This document shows, one piece after another, positions 38,403-47,469 of a DNA stretch of 64,000 bases. The translations under genes and the position numbers were made by a program. Below the pieces are notes generated by a model. It was not told the origin of the DNA. It ran no database searches and saw nothing but the letters and a program-made list of their open reading frames with translations. Position 1 is the first letter of the stretch, and every line of letters begins with the position of its first letter. This stretch comes from a virus, in IMG/VR virus record IMGVR_UViG_3300036770_005682, positions 32,001 to 96,000 of that record, one strand, 5' to 3'.

Positions 38403-38852
38403 ATGACTGGCTACTTCCCGCAATACGATATCGCTGCCCCAAATTTCCTGAAAGACTTGGAGTTCGGCCAGCAAGGGGAAGGGCTAATCGCTAAATTTAT
38501 CGACGACATAGCCTCCGGCGATATTGAAGTGAAAACGGACAGATACCGCAACGGGAAAATGGTCATAGAAACAGAGCAATGGCCTGGTCGGCGTCGTGAT
38601 GCACAGGGAAACGAAATATGGGTTCTTAGTGGGATAAATGTCACAACAGCAAAGTGGTGGGTGTATCAATACCACCTAGACGGCGCATTTACCGTAGTGG
38701 CAGTTGACAGAATCAAACGGTATCTGCGTAAAAATAGTTCGCTGTTGAGTAAAACGACATTTGCGGGCAGCAGCGACAACCCGGCCAAAGGCTTTCTGCT
38801 ATTGCCTCATCAGGTTTCTGACCTAATGCTCAATGAACAATATGATTTGTGA
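38403..38852 (+). CDS. Putative PD-(D/E)xK-fold nuclease-like protein
   Basis: DLEFGQQGE...IEVKTD...IE...SGINVTTAKWW. Confidence 0.6.
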   Translation: MTGYFPQYDIAAPNFLKDLEFGQQGEGLIAKFIDDIASGDIEVKTDRYRNGKMVIETEQWPGRRRDAQGNEIWVLSGINVTTAKWWVYQYHLDGAFTVVAVDRIKRYLRKNSSLLSKTTFAGSSDNPAKGFLLLPHQVSDLMLNEQYDL

Positions 38853-38968
38853 CATTGCGTTAGTGTGTATTTAATTATTAGCTTACTAAACGTTAAGCGT
38901 AGCTTCCCGTGCAAGGCAGAATCTTGTGCCATAATTGTTCAAACGGTACAACACCATAAGGAGAAACC

Positions 38969-39319
38969 ATGTCAACTGCAGTTCTTGCACCAACAACAAT
39001 CACGCTAACCATTCCTGGCACGCTCAGCACATCGAGCGTCGTCACAATGGCAATGCCTTTTAACGGAAAAATCACAGGCGCATATGTAGCCGTCACGACA
39101 GCACCTGCCGGCTCAGCCCTTACTGCAGACCTCAAGGTTGGCTCTGACGTTGCTGCTGCGTTCTCTATCGCCGATGCTGGTACTTCAGACGAGGGAACAC
39201 TAACCGCTGCAAACGTCGACTTCGTCGCGGGTGACCTTGTCAGTCTCGATGTTTCTGCTGTCGGTTCAGGCACAGCTGGCGCAAACATGACAGTTGCTTT
39301 CACGGTCACACAGGGCTAA
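38969..39319 (+). CDS. Beta-rich Thr/Ala/Val protein, candidate capsid decoration/structural protein
   Basis: AAGGAG RBS, own terminator, composition typical of virion beta-sandwich proteins. Confidence 0.55.
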   Translation: MSTAVLAPTTITLTIPGTLSTSSVVTMAMPFNGKITGAYVAVTTAPAGSALTADLKVGSDVAAAFSIADAGTSDEGTLTAANVDFVAGDLVSLDVSAVGSGTAGANMTVAFTVTQG

Positions 39320-39334
39320 TACAAGTACTCTCCG

Positions 39335-39371
39335 AAAGAGGGCGCTCCCTTTATTGGGGGCGCTCTTTTTT
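39335..39371 (+). terminator. Intrinsic terminator
   Basis: GAGGGCGCTCCC/GGGGGCGCTC stem followed by a T run. Confidence 0.8.
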
Positions 39372-39394
39372 GTGCCCCAAAATAAAAGTTGGTG

Positions 39395-39423
39395 TTGACG
39401 GTTTCGAAGAAAACCAATATGAT
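39395..39423 (+). promoter_or_regulatory. Sigma70/SigA-type promoter
   Basis: TTGACG-17 bp-TATGAT. Confidence 0.7.
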
Positions 39424-39654
39424 GGAAATGCTCAAAGACCATTGAAAAAACGACAACATTTTTGCATAACAGCTCAAATGAAGTGCAGAATCAATGCATC
39501 CGATGAGTTACACCCCAAGAGGGGTCCCCAGTTTCGGCTTGGGCGGTCTTAGTAGCCTGGCGACGGCGCTACTAATCCGGTTTTAAAGCTTCGTCGCGCA
39601 GGTTGGCCTAGGGGGTACTATTTCTCCTAGGCTTTCCTGTTTAGAAAGGATGAA

Positions 39655-39912
39655 ATGTCACAAGACGATAACCTCGCCAAACAACTTGGTATCCGGAAAG
39701 AAGATATCAATGTCGAATATTTGGTAAATAAGGTGATAGAAGAGTTCCTCTTCCATGAAGAAATGGCAGAGATAACAATGAACAAGATGGCGCAGGCCAA
39801 AGACAAAACATCAGAGTTTATGGCGGCGTTCGACGTGTACAACAACATGTCCTACCTACTCCGTGACATGCTGCTCAAGGCAACGGACAAGGAAGACAAT
39901 GCCGCTAAGTGA
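39655..39912 (+). CDS. Hypothetical protein
   Basis: GAAAGGA RBS; 85 aa. Confidence 0.6.
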   Translation: MSQDDNLAKQLGIRKEDINVEYLVNKVIEEFLFHEEMAEITMNKMAQAKDKTSEFMAAFDVYNNMSYLLRDMLLKATDKEDNAAK

Positions 39913-40081
39913 CCCGGAAAAGCGCAGGGACTACGAGCGCGAAAGAAAACAAAAACTCAGGCTCGAGAAAATCATGAGCCTTCCGGAAACAGAAAAAACA
40001 ATCGCCCTAGAACGCAATCAGCGCAGGCGCGGCCATTCGATGAGGTGGAAACGTCACTCTTCTTCGCCGAATGACTTATAG
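39899..40081 (+). CDS. Small basic hypothetical protein
   Basis: MPLSDPEKRRDYERERKQK; overlaps the upstream gene end. Confidence 0.5.
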   Translation: MPLSDPEKRRDYERERKQKLRLEKIMSLPETEKTIALERNQRRRGHSMRWKRHSSSPNDL

Positions 40082-40269
40082 ATAAGCTCGACACGTTCTT
40101 CTTCAGTCATCTTCATCGACTTTTCGGTTGCTCCCCAGAGCCATTCACCATCTTCATTCACGCCGATGACCTCGATAAGGCCAATCCGGCGCAATTCTTC
40201 CATGTCACGAAACAAATCTTCTTTGCTGTAGTCGCTCATATTTTTCCCTTCGTTAAATTTATCCGACAC
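40054..40269 (-). CDS. Small acidic hypothetical protein
   Basis: GLIEVIGVNEDGEWLW. Confidence 0.55.
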   Translation of the reverse strand: MSDKFNEGKNMSDYSKEDLFRDMEELRRIGLIEVIGVNEDGEWLWGATEKSMKMTEEERVELIYKSFGEEE

Positions 40270-40357
40270 TGGCGGAGAGGGTGGGATTTGAACCCACGGT
40301 GAGTTGCCCCACGCTTGTTTTCAAGACAAGTGCCTTCGGCCGCTTGGCTACCTCTCC
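40270..40357 (-). tRNA. tRNA-Ser(TGA)
   Basis: CTTGT-CTTGAAA-ACAAG anticodon arm, long variable arm, encoded CCA. Confidence 0.93.
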
Positions 40358-40627
40358 AAAGAGCCACGTTCACACCGTGACTAAATACTACCCGCTTCTG
40401 CTTCATCAAACAAGTCCAAAACTTCATCGTATCCGCACTTGCATTTGTTCATGTTGCACAAGCAGCCATATAACCCCAAATGAATGCGCAGCACTGTAGC
40501 GACATGACGCCAATTGTCACGTTCTTTCTCGAGGCATACGTAACACAGGTGTCCATCCATATTGGCGCAGTCACATTTCGCAACTTGAGAGATATCTCTC
40601 ATTTTGTGAGAAATACGTCGGATAAAT

Positions 40628-40981
40628 TTATCCGCCACCCGTCTCACCCTCTGTATTTTGGGTGAAGTAGATATTTGTGAAATCGAATTCACCGGCGTCC
40701 AATCTTCCCTTCAACGTCAATGACTCTGTATACCACTGACAATCTAGACACTCATCATTTAAGTGACCATCAGGGGGAGCGCCGAGACTTATCCCATGCT
40801 CCACTTCTTTTTGCATATAGGGAAGAAGTTCGTCGATAGCTTTTTTCATGCGCTCAATAACATCGGCAGCATTCATCATAGTCTCACCAGGGAAATAGTC
40901 ATTCCCGTCGTTATCCGTGAACCATTCGTCGAAAATTTCACCTTCGTGACGTAATTGCGCTATAAAAGTGATTAATTCCAT
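40628..40981 (-). CDS. Hypothetical protein (AADVIERM motif)
   Basis: Part of a run of small co-oriented genes; start uncertain. Confidence 0.55.
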   Translation of the reverse strand: MELITFIAQLRHEGEIFDEWFTDNDGNDYFPGETMMNAADVIERMKKAIDELLPYMQKEVEHGISLGAPPDGHLNDECLDCQWYTESLTLKGRLDAGEFDFTNIYFTQNTEGETGGG

Positions 40982-40986
40982 TCTTC

Positions 40987-41205
40987 CTACAATTCGTGTT
41001 TCGTGTTCTGCGCCTCTATCCACACCCGTGCGCCACAAGAGTCTGGCACATCCGACTGTACAACTGTTGCCGCAACATGTCCACAGCCACAGGGGCAAAT
41101 AATGTCAACACGACGGTGATGAGTCGAACCTTTATAGGTCCGGTCAATAATCGCATCCAAGCCTTTGCGTATCTTCTGCTGATGTACATGAAGTATGTGT
41201 TTCAT
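40987..41205 (-). CDS. Small hypothetical protein (CPCGC)
   Basis: Coupled to the upstream gene by ATGA overlap. Confidence 0.55.
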   Translation of the reverse strand: MKHILHVHQQKIRKGLDAIIDRTYKGSTHHRRVDIICPCGCGHVAATVVQSDVPDSCGARVWIEAQNTKHEL

Positions 41206-41534
41206 TTTGTTGTCTTATTCCGAAGCTGATGTATTCTGCGCGCTTCACATAGTGTCTCTAGGGCTCCATCAATAGCTCGGTGAAGTGTTGGCCATTCCTT
41301 GCGATGTTTTTTCATTACCGCCCGATGGTACGACGGGCTGGGTCCTTCGTCAACGATTGCTTTTTCAATCTTTGCAAGTGCTCCCCGTAGGCGTTCAATC
41401 TCATCTGCTGCGTCAGTTATGAACATTTCTGCCCATACCGCCTCAAGGCATCCACATTCGGAGTAATTCCACGCTCCGCAAGTGCATCCTTCTCCGTGAG
41501 ATTCTCGTAGTCGGGTCACAATGTCATCACTCAT
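41202..41534 (-). CDS. DDIVTRL...ADEIERLR-type small phage protein
   Basis: Paralogous to the adjacent gene. Confidence 0.65.
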   Translation of the reverse strand: MSDDIVTRLRESHGEGCTCGAWNYSECGCLEAVWAEMFITDAADEIERLRGALAKIEKAIVDEGPSPSYHRAVMKKHRKEWPTLHRAIDGALETLCEARRIHQLRNKTTK

Positions 41535-41815
41535 TAGATTCCCCTACTCATACAAAATGATTCCCATAGATGTTCAGCACCATGCCAGCCACAGTCGGAA
41601 TGGGCGCAATAACCAAACTCATCTTCGTATTCCCGACATTTTCCTTCATCAGCGAAGAGTTTTGTTATATCTAGCAGTTCTTTAATGTCCGCCCGCAGGC
41701 GTTCAATCTCCTTGACGGTATCGCTAAGCAACTTCGCTTCAGCAAGAACATGAGGATGGATTGCGTATGGGATGCGTTCCTGTAGTCGGGTCACAATGTC
41801 ATCAGTCATTTCCAT
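41534..41815 (-). CDS. DDIVTRL...EIERLR-type small phage protein
   Basis: Paralogous to the adjacent gene. Confidence 0.65.
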   Translation of the reverse strand: MEMTDDIVTRLQERIPYAIHPHVLAEAKLLSDTVKEIERLRADIKELLDITKLFADEGKCREYEDEFGYCAHSDCGWHGAEHLWESFCMSRGI

Positions 41816-41957
41816 AACACTCCAAACTCATGCTTGCCAATAATTATAGTGAAACCACCCCACCTGCTGATACGGATAAAAGGCCTCATCGGCGGGTTCA
41901 TCTTTTGTTGCTTGTGATGGTGTAGTCGCAGACGTGTCACGGCATCATTTTCCATAG

Positions 41958-42037
41958 TGGGCCCGGAGGGACTCGAACCCTCACTCCGTGGAACCAGGAC
42001 CTAAACCTGGCGCGTCTGCCAATTCCGCCACGAACCC
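41958..42037 (-). tRNA. tRNA-Leu(TAG)
   Basis: CCAGG-TTTAGGT-CCTGG anticodon arm; GGCGGAATTGGCAGACGC D-arm. Confidence 0.92.
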
Positions 42038-42258
42038 TAAGTGTCTGCCTTCCACCGTCTGACATTTTTGATGTAGACGACGATGTAAGCGATAGAACCA
42101 AGGATAAAGCCATATGTGCCAGTTTGCAAGGCGAAAACTATCCACAGGCATTCCATGACGATGAGCCACAAGAACGCCTCCCAGCGCTTCTTGCCGACGA
42201 AATACATGCCGGCGACGCCCATGCACGCCAAAAGCCAGGACCACTGTAGTTCGCTCAT
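42037..42258 (-). CDS. Small 3-TM membrane protein
   Basis: Three hydrophobic helices; 73 aa. Confidence 0.65.
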   Translation of the reverse strand: MSELQWSWLLACMGVAGMYFVGKKRWEAFLWLIVMECLWIVFALQTGTYGFILGSIAYIVVYIKNVRRWKADT

Positions 42259-42280
42259 AAGGGAATTAGCTTATACCCAG

Positions 42281-42353
42281 CGCCCTGAGTAGGGGTCGAA
42301 CCTACAACCTACAGATTAGAAGTCTGTTGCTCTATCCATTGAGCTATCAGGGC
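42281..42353 (-). tRNA. tRNA-Arg(TCT)
   Basis: ACAGA-CTTCTAA-TCTGT anticodon arm. Confidence 0.92.
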
Positions 42354-42498
42354 CTTCCAGGTAGAATAACGCACAAGCACCGGGGGATTTCGGATAAATC
42401 CAGCCGAAGTCCATGAGGTGAAAATTGTGGCGTACGCTCCCACACACACCACCACGGCGAGTGGAAAGTTTACAAGAGCCCCGTTACTCGCAGGACAT

Positions 42499-42541
42499 TT
42501 GATGCCGCCACATATAAATATTTATATTGATGCCGCCACAT
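42499..42541. repeat. 15-bp direct repeat flanking a 16-bp AT-only palindrome
   Basis: TTGATGCCGCCACAT at 42499 and 42527; ATATAAATATTTATAT at 42512-42527. Confidence 0.85.
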
Positions 42542-42584
42542 GTATTAGCGTTTGAGGCCGGCGTCGCCAGTGTCCCAAACGACA

Positions 42585-42613
42585 TTGACAAACCTGACAC
42601 ACAAGAGTAACGT
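42585..42613 (+). promoter_or_regulatory. Sigma70/SigA-type promoter
   Basis: TTGACA-17 bp-TAACGT. Confidence 0.65.
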
Positions 42614-42637
42614 TGCTGATGTAGAAAGGCAGAACCT

Positions 42638-43078
42638 ATGAACAACCTGCTCCCAGAGACCCTTTACCACGCCACTTTCCCAGACGCCGTCGATGCAATC
42701 CTAATGTCAGGCTTAGACGAAAACCAAGAAGGCGTAGTCAACCTAGCGAACAACCCTATCTATGCAGCAGGATTCGTTTCGATACGAGACTTCTCCCGCC
42801 TGGGGGAGATAACTATTGTGGATATCGACGGTATCCCGACTCCCAATATCGACCGCCAGCGCTTCGATGTGGCTCAGGTGTTGGCGATAGATGCGCGACG
42901 CCTTGACCCAGAGAAGCTTGAGATTAACCACGAAGAGGTTCGTGCCTCAGCAATAGGGGCTTTGCCCAGCGACCTAGTCACCTACCGATACAAGGGGCAC
43001 ATCCCTCGTGAGGCGATTCACATAGCTGACATATTCATTCGTAACGACAGCCGCATCCCGCCCCACTTCGCTCCATAG
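42638..43078 (+). CDS. Tpt1/KptA-like ADP-ribosyltransferase-fold protein
   Basis: LYHAT...AILMSGL...VNLA...VLAID...YKGHIPREAI pattern. Confidence 0.6.
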   Translation: MNNLLPETLYHATFPDAVDAILMSGLDENQEGVVNLANNPIYAAGFVSIRDFSRLGEITIVDIDGIPTPNIDRQRFDVAQVLAIDARRLDPEKLEINHEEVRASAIGALPSDLVTYRYKGHIPREAIHIADIFIRNDSRIPPHFAP

Positions 43079-43095
43079 TCCACGGGTGACACGGG

Positions 43096-43725
43096 TCACA
43101 TCCACTGACAAGCGAAGCCGCGTTTCATAAGACCATCGCCTATCGCTGCGTAGTAGGTCGCCTCGTCTTCAGGTGGCATCTCGTTCTCCACCTCTCGCAG
43201 TACCCTGCCAAATAAGTTTGGATACATGGCATTCTGACCCCTCACCTTGGTGCTGCCAGGAAAGTACAGCTCCTCGTCCCACTCAACCTTCCTGCCCCAC
43301 ATCTCTTTGTAAGGCTTGGCTATGAAGGTGACCTCGTCGTTTTCAACGTGTGTGATAGTCAGACAAGTGCTCACGGGTGACTCTGGCGCAAGATAGGCGA
43401 CATGTAGCTCCTGTCCTGCTGTTGCTTCAGGATTGGTACTGACCCACCCTTCTGCCACCATCGTGAACGCATCTATGTGCCATGCCTTCTTGACTATGCA
43501 CACAGCATCACTGACACGCTTGAACCGCTCAGTGTGGTCTCTCACCTCAGGCGTCAACGCCATAGATAGGACTAACTCTAAAGCGTGGTCTTTCCAGCAA
43601 AAGATTGACATAGGCAGGTCTTCTCCTATGCCAAATTCCTTGACACACTGCTCCTTTGCATTGACAGCACTGAGCATAGATATAGCAATCTTGTCAAGAC
43701 GATGTGTATAGCGAACGTTTCCCAC
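43096..43725 (-). CDS. Hypothetical protein
   Basis: 209-aa ORF; TAGTAT 6 nt before the GTG. Confidence 0.7.
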   Translation of the reverse strand: MGNVRYTHRLDKIAISMLSAVNAKEQCVKEFGIGEDLPMSIFCWKDHALELVLSMALTPEVRDHTERFKRVSDAVCIVKKAWHIDAFTMVAEGWVSTNPEATAGQELHVAYLAPESPVSTCLTITHVENDEVTFIAKPYKEMWGRKVEWDEELYFPGSTKVRGQNAMYPNLFGRVLREVENEMPPEDEATYYAAIGDGLMKRGFACQWM

Positions 43726-43783
43726 ATCTGAATACTAGCCCTACTTCCGCCACGGGTGACATCGGACGACTAATGTATGGCAC

Positions 43784-44122
43784 ATGGCTCAGAAGAAAAC
43801 CAATAAGACAAAGAAGACTGCAGAGAAGAAGGCTCCGGCAAAGAAGAAGCCAGCCAAGAAAGCTGTAGCTAAGAAGACAGCAGCTAAGAAGACTCCTGCG
43901 AAGAAGGCTGCGCCTAAGAAGGCAGCACCCAAGAAGGCGGTACCAAAGGCTGTCGCAACAAGTTCCCAGACAAGCACAAGCACAGTCGACGCTGATGTGA
44001 TTTGGACAATCTTCAATTCAGAGACCACTGTCGACGCCACAGTAAACGGCGAAGTCATCTATGCAAATGACGTCAAGCCTGCTTCAGTAAAGAAGCGTTT
44101 CCTCGCCTGGTTCAAGCGCTAA
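43784..44122 (+). CDS. Histone H1-like Lys/Ala/Pro-rich protein
   Basis: Repeated KKAPA/KKTAA pentapeptides. Confidence 0.75.
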   Translation: MAQKKTNKTKKTAEKKAPAKKKPAKKAVAKKTAAKKTPAKKAAPKKAAPKKAVPKAVATSSQTSTSTVDADVIWTIFNSETTVDATVNGEVIYANDVKPASVKKRFLAWFKR

Positions 44123-44155
44123 AGGCTCACGGGTGACCCCGTGTAAAATATTCAA

Positions 44156-44470
44156 GTGAGCGATTCATTCAGAAGTCAAGACACTGTATTCGGCATACCC
44201 ATACTTAGAGCAGGTAGAGCAGAGTGTCCAGTCTGTCAGCATCCCACTGGCGACTGTTCGGAACATGAAGGTATAGAGCCAGCTGGATTGAATCACATCG
44301 CATTCACTGACAGCACTATCGAAACAATGAAAGACATACAAACAGTTCTTGTCGAAGAAAATATCTATGAAGACAGACAGATAACTCCCTTTACAAAAGT
44401 TCGCGTGATTGTTCATCACAAAGGAAGTTATGTGACAGTAGACAAAGCGAAAGAGTTAGGAATTATCTAG
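44156..44470 (+). CDS. Hypothetical protein with CPVC-H-C motif
   Basis: TAAAAT 6 nt before the GTG. Confidence 0.65.
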   Translation: MSDSFRSQDTVFGIPILRAGRAECPVCQHPTGDCSEHEGIEPAGLNHIAFTDSTIETMKDIQTVLVEENIYEDRQITPFTKVRVIVHHKGSYVTVDKAKELGII

Positions 44471-44536
44471 ACTGACTTGCCTACGGGTGCTGCTGTACAA
44501 TAGAGTTTCCTATCGTAAGGGACCTATACAGAAAGC

Positions 44537-46468
44537 ATGGTTATGTCGGTATTCACCTCAGAATTCCTCTCTTCATACGCATCAAAACAGACCCCTTGGG
44601 GGTTTGGCGGCCTAGGGGAGGTCGTATATCTGAGGACGTATAGCCGCCCTATTGATGGACTTAATCGTAATGAGACTTGGCCTGAAACCATCGTACGGGC
44701 TATTGACGGCGCTATTGAGATTGGTGCGCCACTCAAACAAGAGCAAGCAGAAAAACTCTTCGACCACATGTTCAATCTCCGTTGCTCTCTATCAGGGCGC
44801 GCACTGTGGCAGCTTGGTACACCTCTGGTGCAAAAGTTCTCTGGCACTTCACTGAACAACTGCTACTTCACAAACATCGAGAAGATTGAGGACTTCGAAC
44901 TGCTGTTTGACTATCTCATGCTTGGTGGCGGCGTTGGCTTCTCAGTAGAGCGCAGCAAGATTCACGAACTGCCAAAAGTAAAAGCAGGCGTCAACATCAC
45001 ACATGAACGTACCAATGACGCAGACATCATCGTGCCAGACAGTCGCACAGGATGGCGTCGCCTTTTGCACAGCGTCTTGAAGTCGTTTTTTGACACGGGT
45101 AAGTCTTTCTCGTACTCCACAATTCTGGTTCGCGAATTTGGAGCACCACTCAAGACATTTGGTGGAACAGCAAGCGGACCTGGCGCGCTCATCGAAGGCA
45201 TTGACGACATCTGCAAGGTGATGAAGAATCGCGAAGGAAAGAAGCTTCGCTCCATCGATGTTCTCGACATCTGCAACATCATAGGAAAGATTGTCGTATC
45301 AGGTTCATCGCGTCGCTCTGCACAGATTGCTATTGGCGACCCCGATGATGTTCTCTTCCTCCGTGCAAAGAATTGGTCCACGGGTAATGTTCCGGCGTAT
45401 CGTGCGAACTCCAACAACAGCATCTACGCAGACCACTTCGATGAGATTCTGCCAGAACTATGGAAAGGCTATGACGGTTCAGGCGAGCCCTATGGTTTGG
45501 TCAATCGTCGTCTCGCACGTACACATGGACGTCTTGGAGAGCGCAAGCTGGACAACACCATCGAAGGCTTCAACCCATGTGCCGAGATTGGTCTCGGAGA
45601 TGGCGAGTCGTGCAACTTGTCAACGCTGTTCTTGCCGAATATCGAATCGTTTGAGCAACTGTGCGAAATCTCCGAACTTCTCTACATCGTTCAAAAGAGC
45701 ATCACTCGCCTGAACTACCCATATGACAAGACGACAGACATCGTCCGCAAGAATGCTCGTCTTGGCCAGAGCATCACGGGTGTTCTTCAGTGTTCGCCAG
45801 AAAAGATTTCATGGCTGTCACCTGCTTACGAAAAGCTCGAAGCAATGGACAAGGAATACTCAAAGAAGCACGGGTTGCCAACATCAGTGCGTCTGACGAC
45901 AGTCCAGCCATCCGGAACGCTGTCCCTTCTTCCTGGTGTGACCCCAGGCATCCACCCTGCGTACGCTAAGTACTACATCCGTCGTGTTCGCTTTGGTGCC
46001 GCTGACCCACTTGTCGCAGCATGTCGTGCTCGCGGGCACAAGGTCCAATGGGATATCGGTCTCGACGGCCGTGAAGACCATACTCGCTATGTTGTGGAGT
46101 TCCCATGCATGTCGCCTGAGGGCTCTGTGCTCGCCGCCGAGATGACGGCAATAGAGCAACTTGAGTGGGTGAAGAAGATGCAGACGGAGTGGGCTGACAA
46201 CGCCGTATCTGTGACCGTTTATTACCGCAAAGAAGAGCTTGCGGGAATCAAGGAATGGCTCGAAAAGAACTACGACAGCAGCGTCAAGAGTGTGTCGTTC
46301 CTTCTCCACACAGACCATAACTTCCCACTGCCGCCATACGAAGAAATTGACGAGCAGACGTACAGCAAGTTGGTCAACAAGCTAGATATGACAGTACCGC
46401 TCCAATTGACTACGGGTGGCCTGTTGGAGTTGGACGATTGCTCTACGGGAGCTTGTCCGGTTCGCTAG
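44537..46468 (+). CDS. nrdJ: Class II (adenosylcobalamin-dependent) ribonucleotide reductase
   Basis: YLRTYSR, LMLGGGVG, RRSAQI, NPCAEI, TTVQPSGT, C-terminal CSTGACPVR. Confidence 0.93.
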   Translation: MVMSVFTSEFLSSYASKQTPWGFGGLGEVVYLRTYSRPIDGLNRNETWPETIVRAIDGAIEIGAPLKQEQAEKLFDHMFNLRCSLSGRALWQLGTPLVQKFSGTSLNNCYFTNIEKIEDFELLFDYLMLGGGVGFSVERSKIHELPKVKAGVNITHERTNDADIIVPDSRTGWRRLLHSVLKSFFDTGKSFSYSTILVREFGAPLKTFGGTASGPGALIEGIDDICKVMKNREGKKLRSIDVLDICNIIGKIVVSGSSRRSAQIAIGDPDDVLFLRAKNWSTGNVPAYRANSNNSIYADHFDEILPELWKGYDGSGEPYGLVNRRLARTHGRLGERKLDNTIEGFNPCAEIGLGDGESCNLSTLFLPNIESFEQLCEISELLYIVQKSITRLNYPYDKTTDIVRKNARLGQSITGVLQCSPEKISWLSPAYEKLEAMDKEYSKKHGLPTSVRLTTVQPSGTLSLLPGVTPGIHPAYAKYYIRRVRFGAADPLVAACRARGHKVQWDIGLDGREDHTRYVVEFPCMSPEGSVLAAEMTAIEQLEWVKKMQTEWADNAVSVTVYYRKEELAGIKEWLEKNYDSSVKSVSFLLHTDHNFPLPPYEEIDEQTYSKLVNKLDMTVPLQLTTGGLLELDDCSTGACPVR

Positions 46469-46775
46469 GCCGATTACGAGCATAAAGGTGCTCGGGATAG
46501 TATTCCATGACTATCTCGGGCACCTTTCTGCATATTCCGCACGTTCCGCGTCTATAGAGTGCCTCTGGGTAGTGGCATGGCCAATCCCTGCAACAGCGAA
46601 GAATGATTAACCCGTCAGACGGAGGCATTGGGCTTATTTTTCCGCTTCTTTATTTTGTAGCCATTCAGGCGCAGCACCGTCTCGATGTGCTCAGGTATTC
46701 CATCAGTAATGGGGATGCCCTTGTGATTTAGTGCTTTGCGGATTATGTCTTGTTTCTTGCTCATGTTTTATCCAG

Positions 46776-46848
46776 TCGGTCTGGTGGGACTCGAACCCAC
46801 AACTCTCGGGTTAAAAGCCCGTTACTCTGCCAATTGAGTTACAGACCG
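46776..46848 (-). tRNA. tRNA-Lys(TTT)
   Basis: CGGG-CTTTTAA-CCCG anticodon arm. Confidence 0.9.
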
Positions 46849-46854
46849 GAGTCA

Positions 46855-47172
46855 TTAACCCAAATAAGCTTTTATTTTCTCTACGAACTTGTCTTTAGGG
46901 TATGCGCCAACAACCTGTTTGTCAACACGCCCATCAACAAATACGAGAACCGTAGGAATACTCATGACGCTGTAGCGCTGAGCAATATTGGGGTAGTCGT
47001 CAACATTAAGCATGCCCACGGAAATATGCTGAGCATGCTCACGGGCTACTTCCTCAATAATAGGGCTAAAGAATGAACATGGGCCACACCAGGATGCCCA
47101 TACGTCTACCAGCACGGGCTTATCAGAAGACCTGATAAAGGAATCAAAATTCTTGTCTGTTAGCTCATTCAT
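46855..47172 (-). CDS. trxA: Thioredoxin
   Basis: WASWCGPC active site; SIPT. Confidence 0.95.
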   Translation of the reverse strand: MNELTDKNFDSFIRSSDKPVLVDVWASWCGPCSFFSPIIEEVAREHAQHISVGMLNVDDYPNIAQRYSVMSIPTVLVFVDGRVDKQVVGAYPKDKFVEKIKAYLG

Positions 47173-47461
47173 TGTTTATATCCGCCATCAAAACTTCTCT
47201 CATAACCCGAATCTGCTTGATTTTGGCGAGTTTCTCATTATACAGTCTAACTACTTCGGAACAGACCAAATCATTTATTTCGTCGTAATGAAAAGGGTCG
47301 AGTTTTGTTCCTCGAATGGCGTTTGCAATGTCTGGGTGCTCCAGGTGCATGATATTGAAGAACGCCTGCCCTAGTCGCTCCATTTGACGCTGAGCTCGAT
47401 ATCCAGCAGCGGGCAGCAGAAATGCCAAGTACTCCTCACCTGTGGAAAACCGAGGTTCCAT
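47165..47461 (-). CDS. Hypothetical protein
   Basis: RLGQAFFN...DPFH; co-oriented run. Confidence 0.6.
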   Translation of the reverse strand: MEPRFSTGEEYLAFLLPAAGYRAQRQMERLGQAFFNIMHLEHPDIANAIRGTKLDPFHYDEINDLVCSEVVRLYNEKLAKIKQIRVMREVLMADINNE

Positions 47462-47469
47462 ACGTCTAT

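Noticed and set aside
39391-39630. tmRNA (GGTGTTGACGGTTTCGA resembles a tmRNA 5' end)
   Set aside because: No tRNA-like 3' end or tag peptide found; the sequence is better explained as a -35 box and spacer.
37190-42037. Suppressor tRNAs or an alternative genetic code
   Set aside because: Anticodons TAA, TAG and TGA read TTA, CTA and TCA, not stop codons; long ORFs are intact under the standard code.
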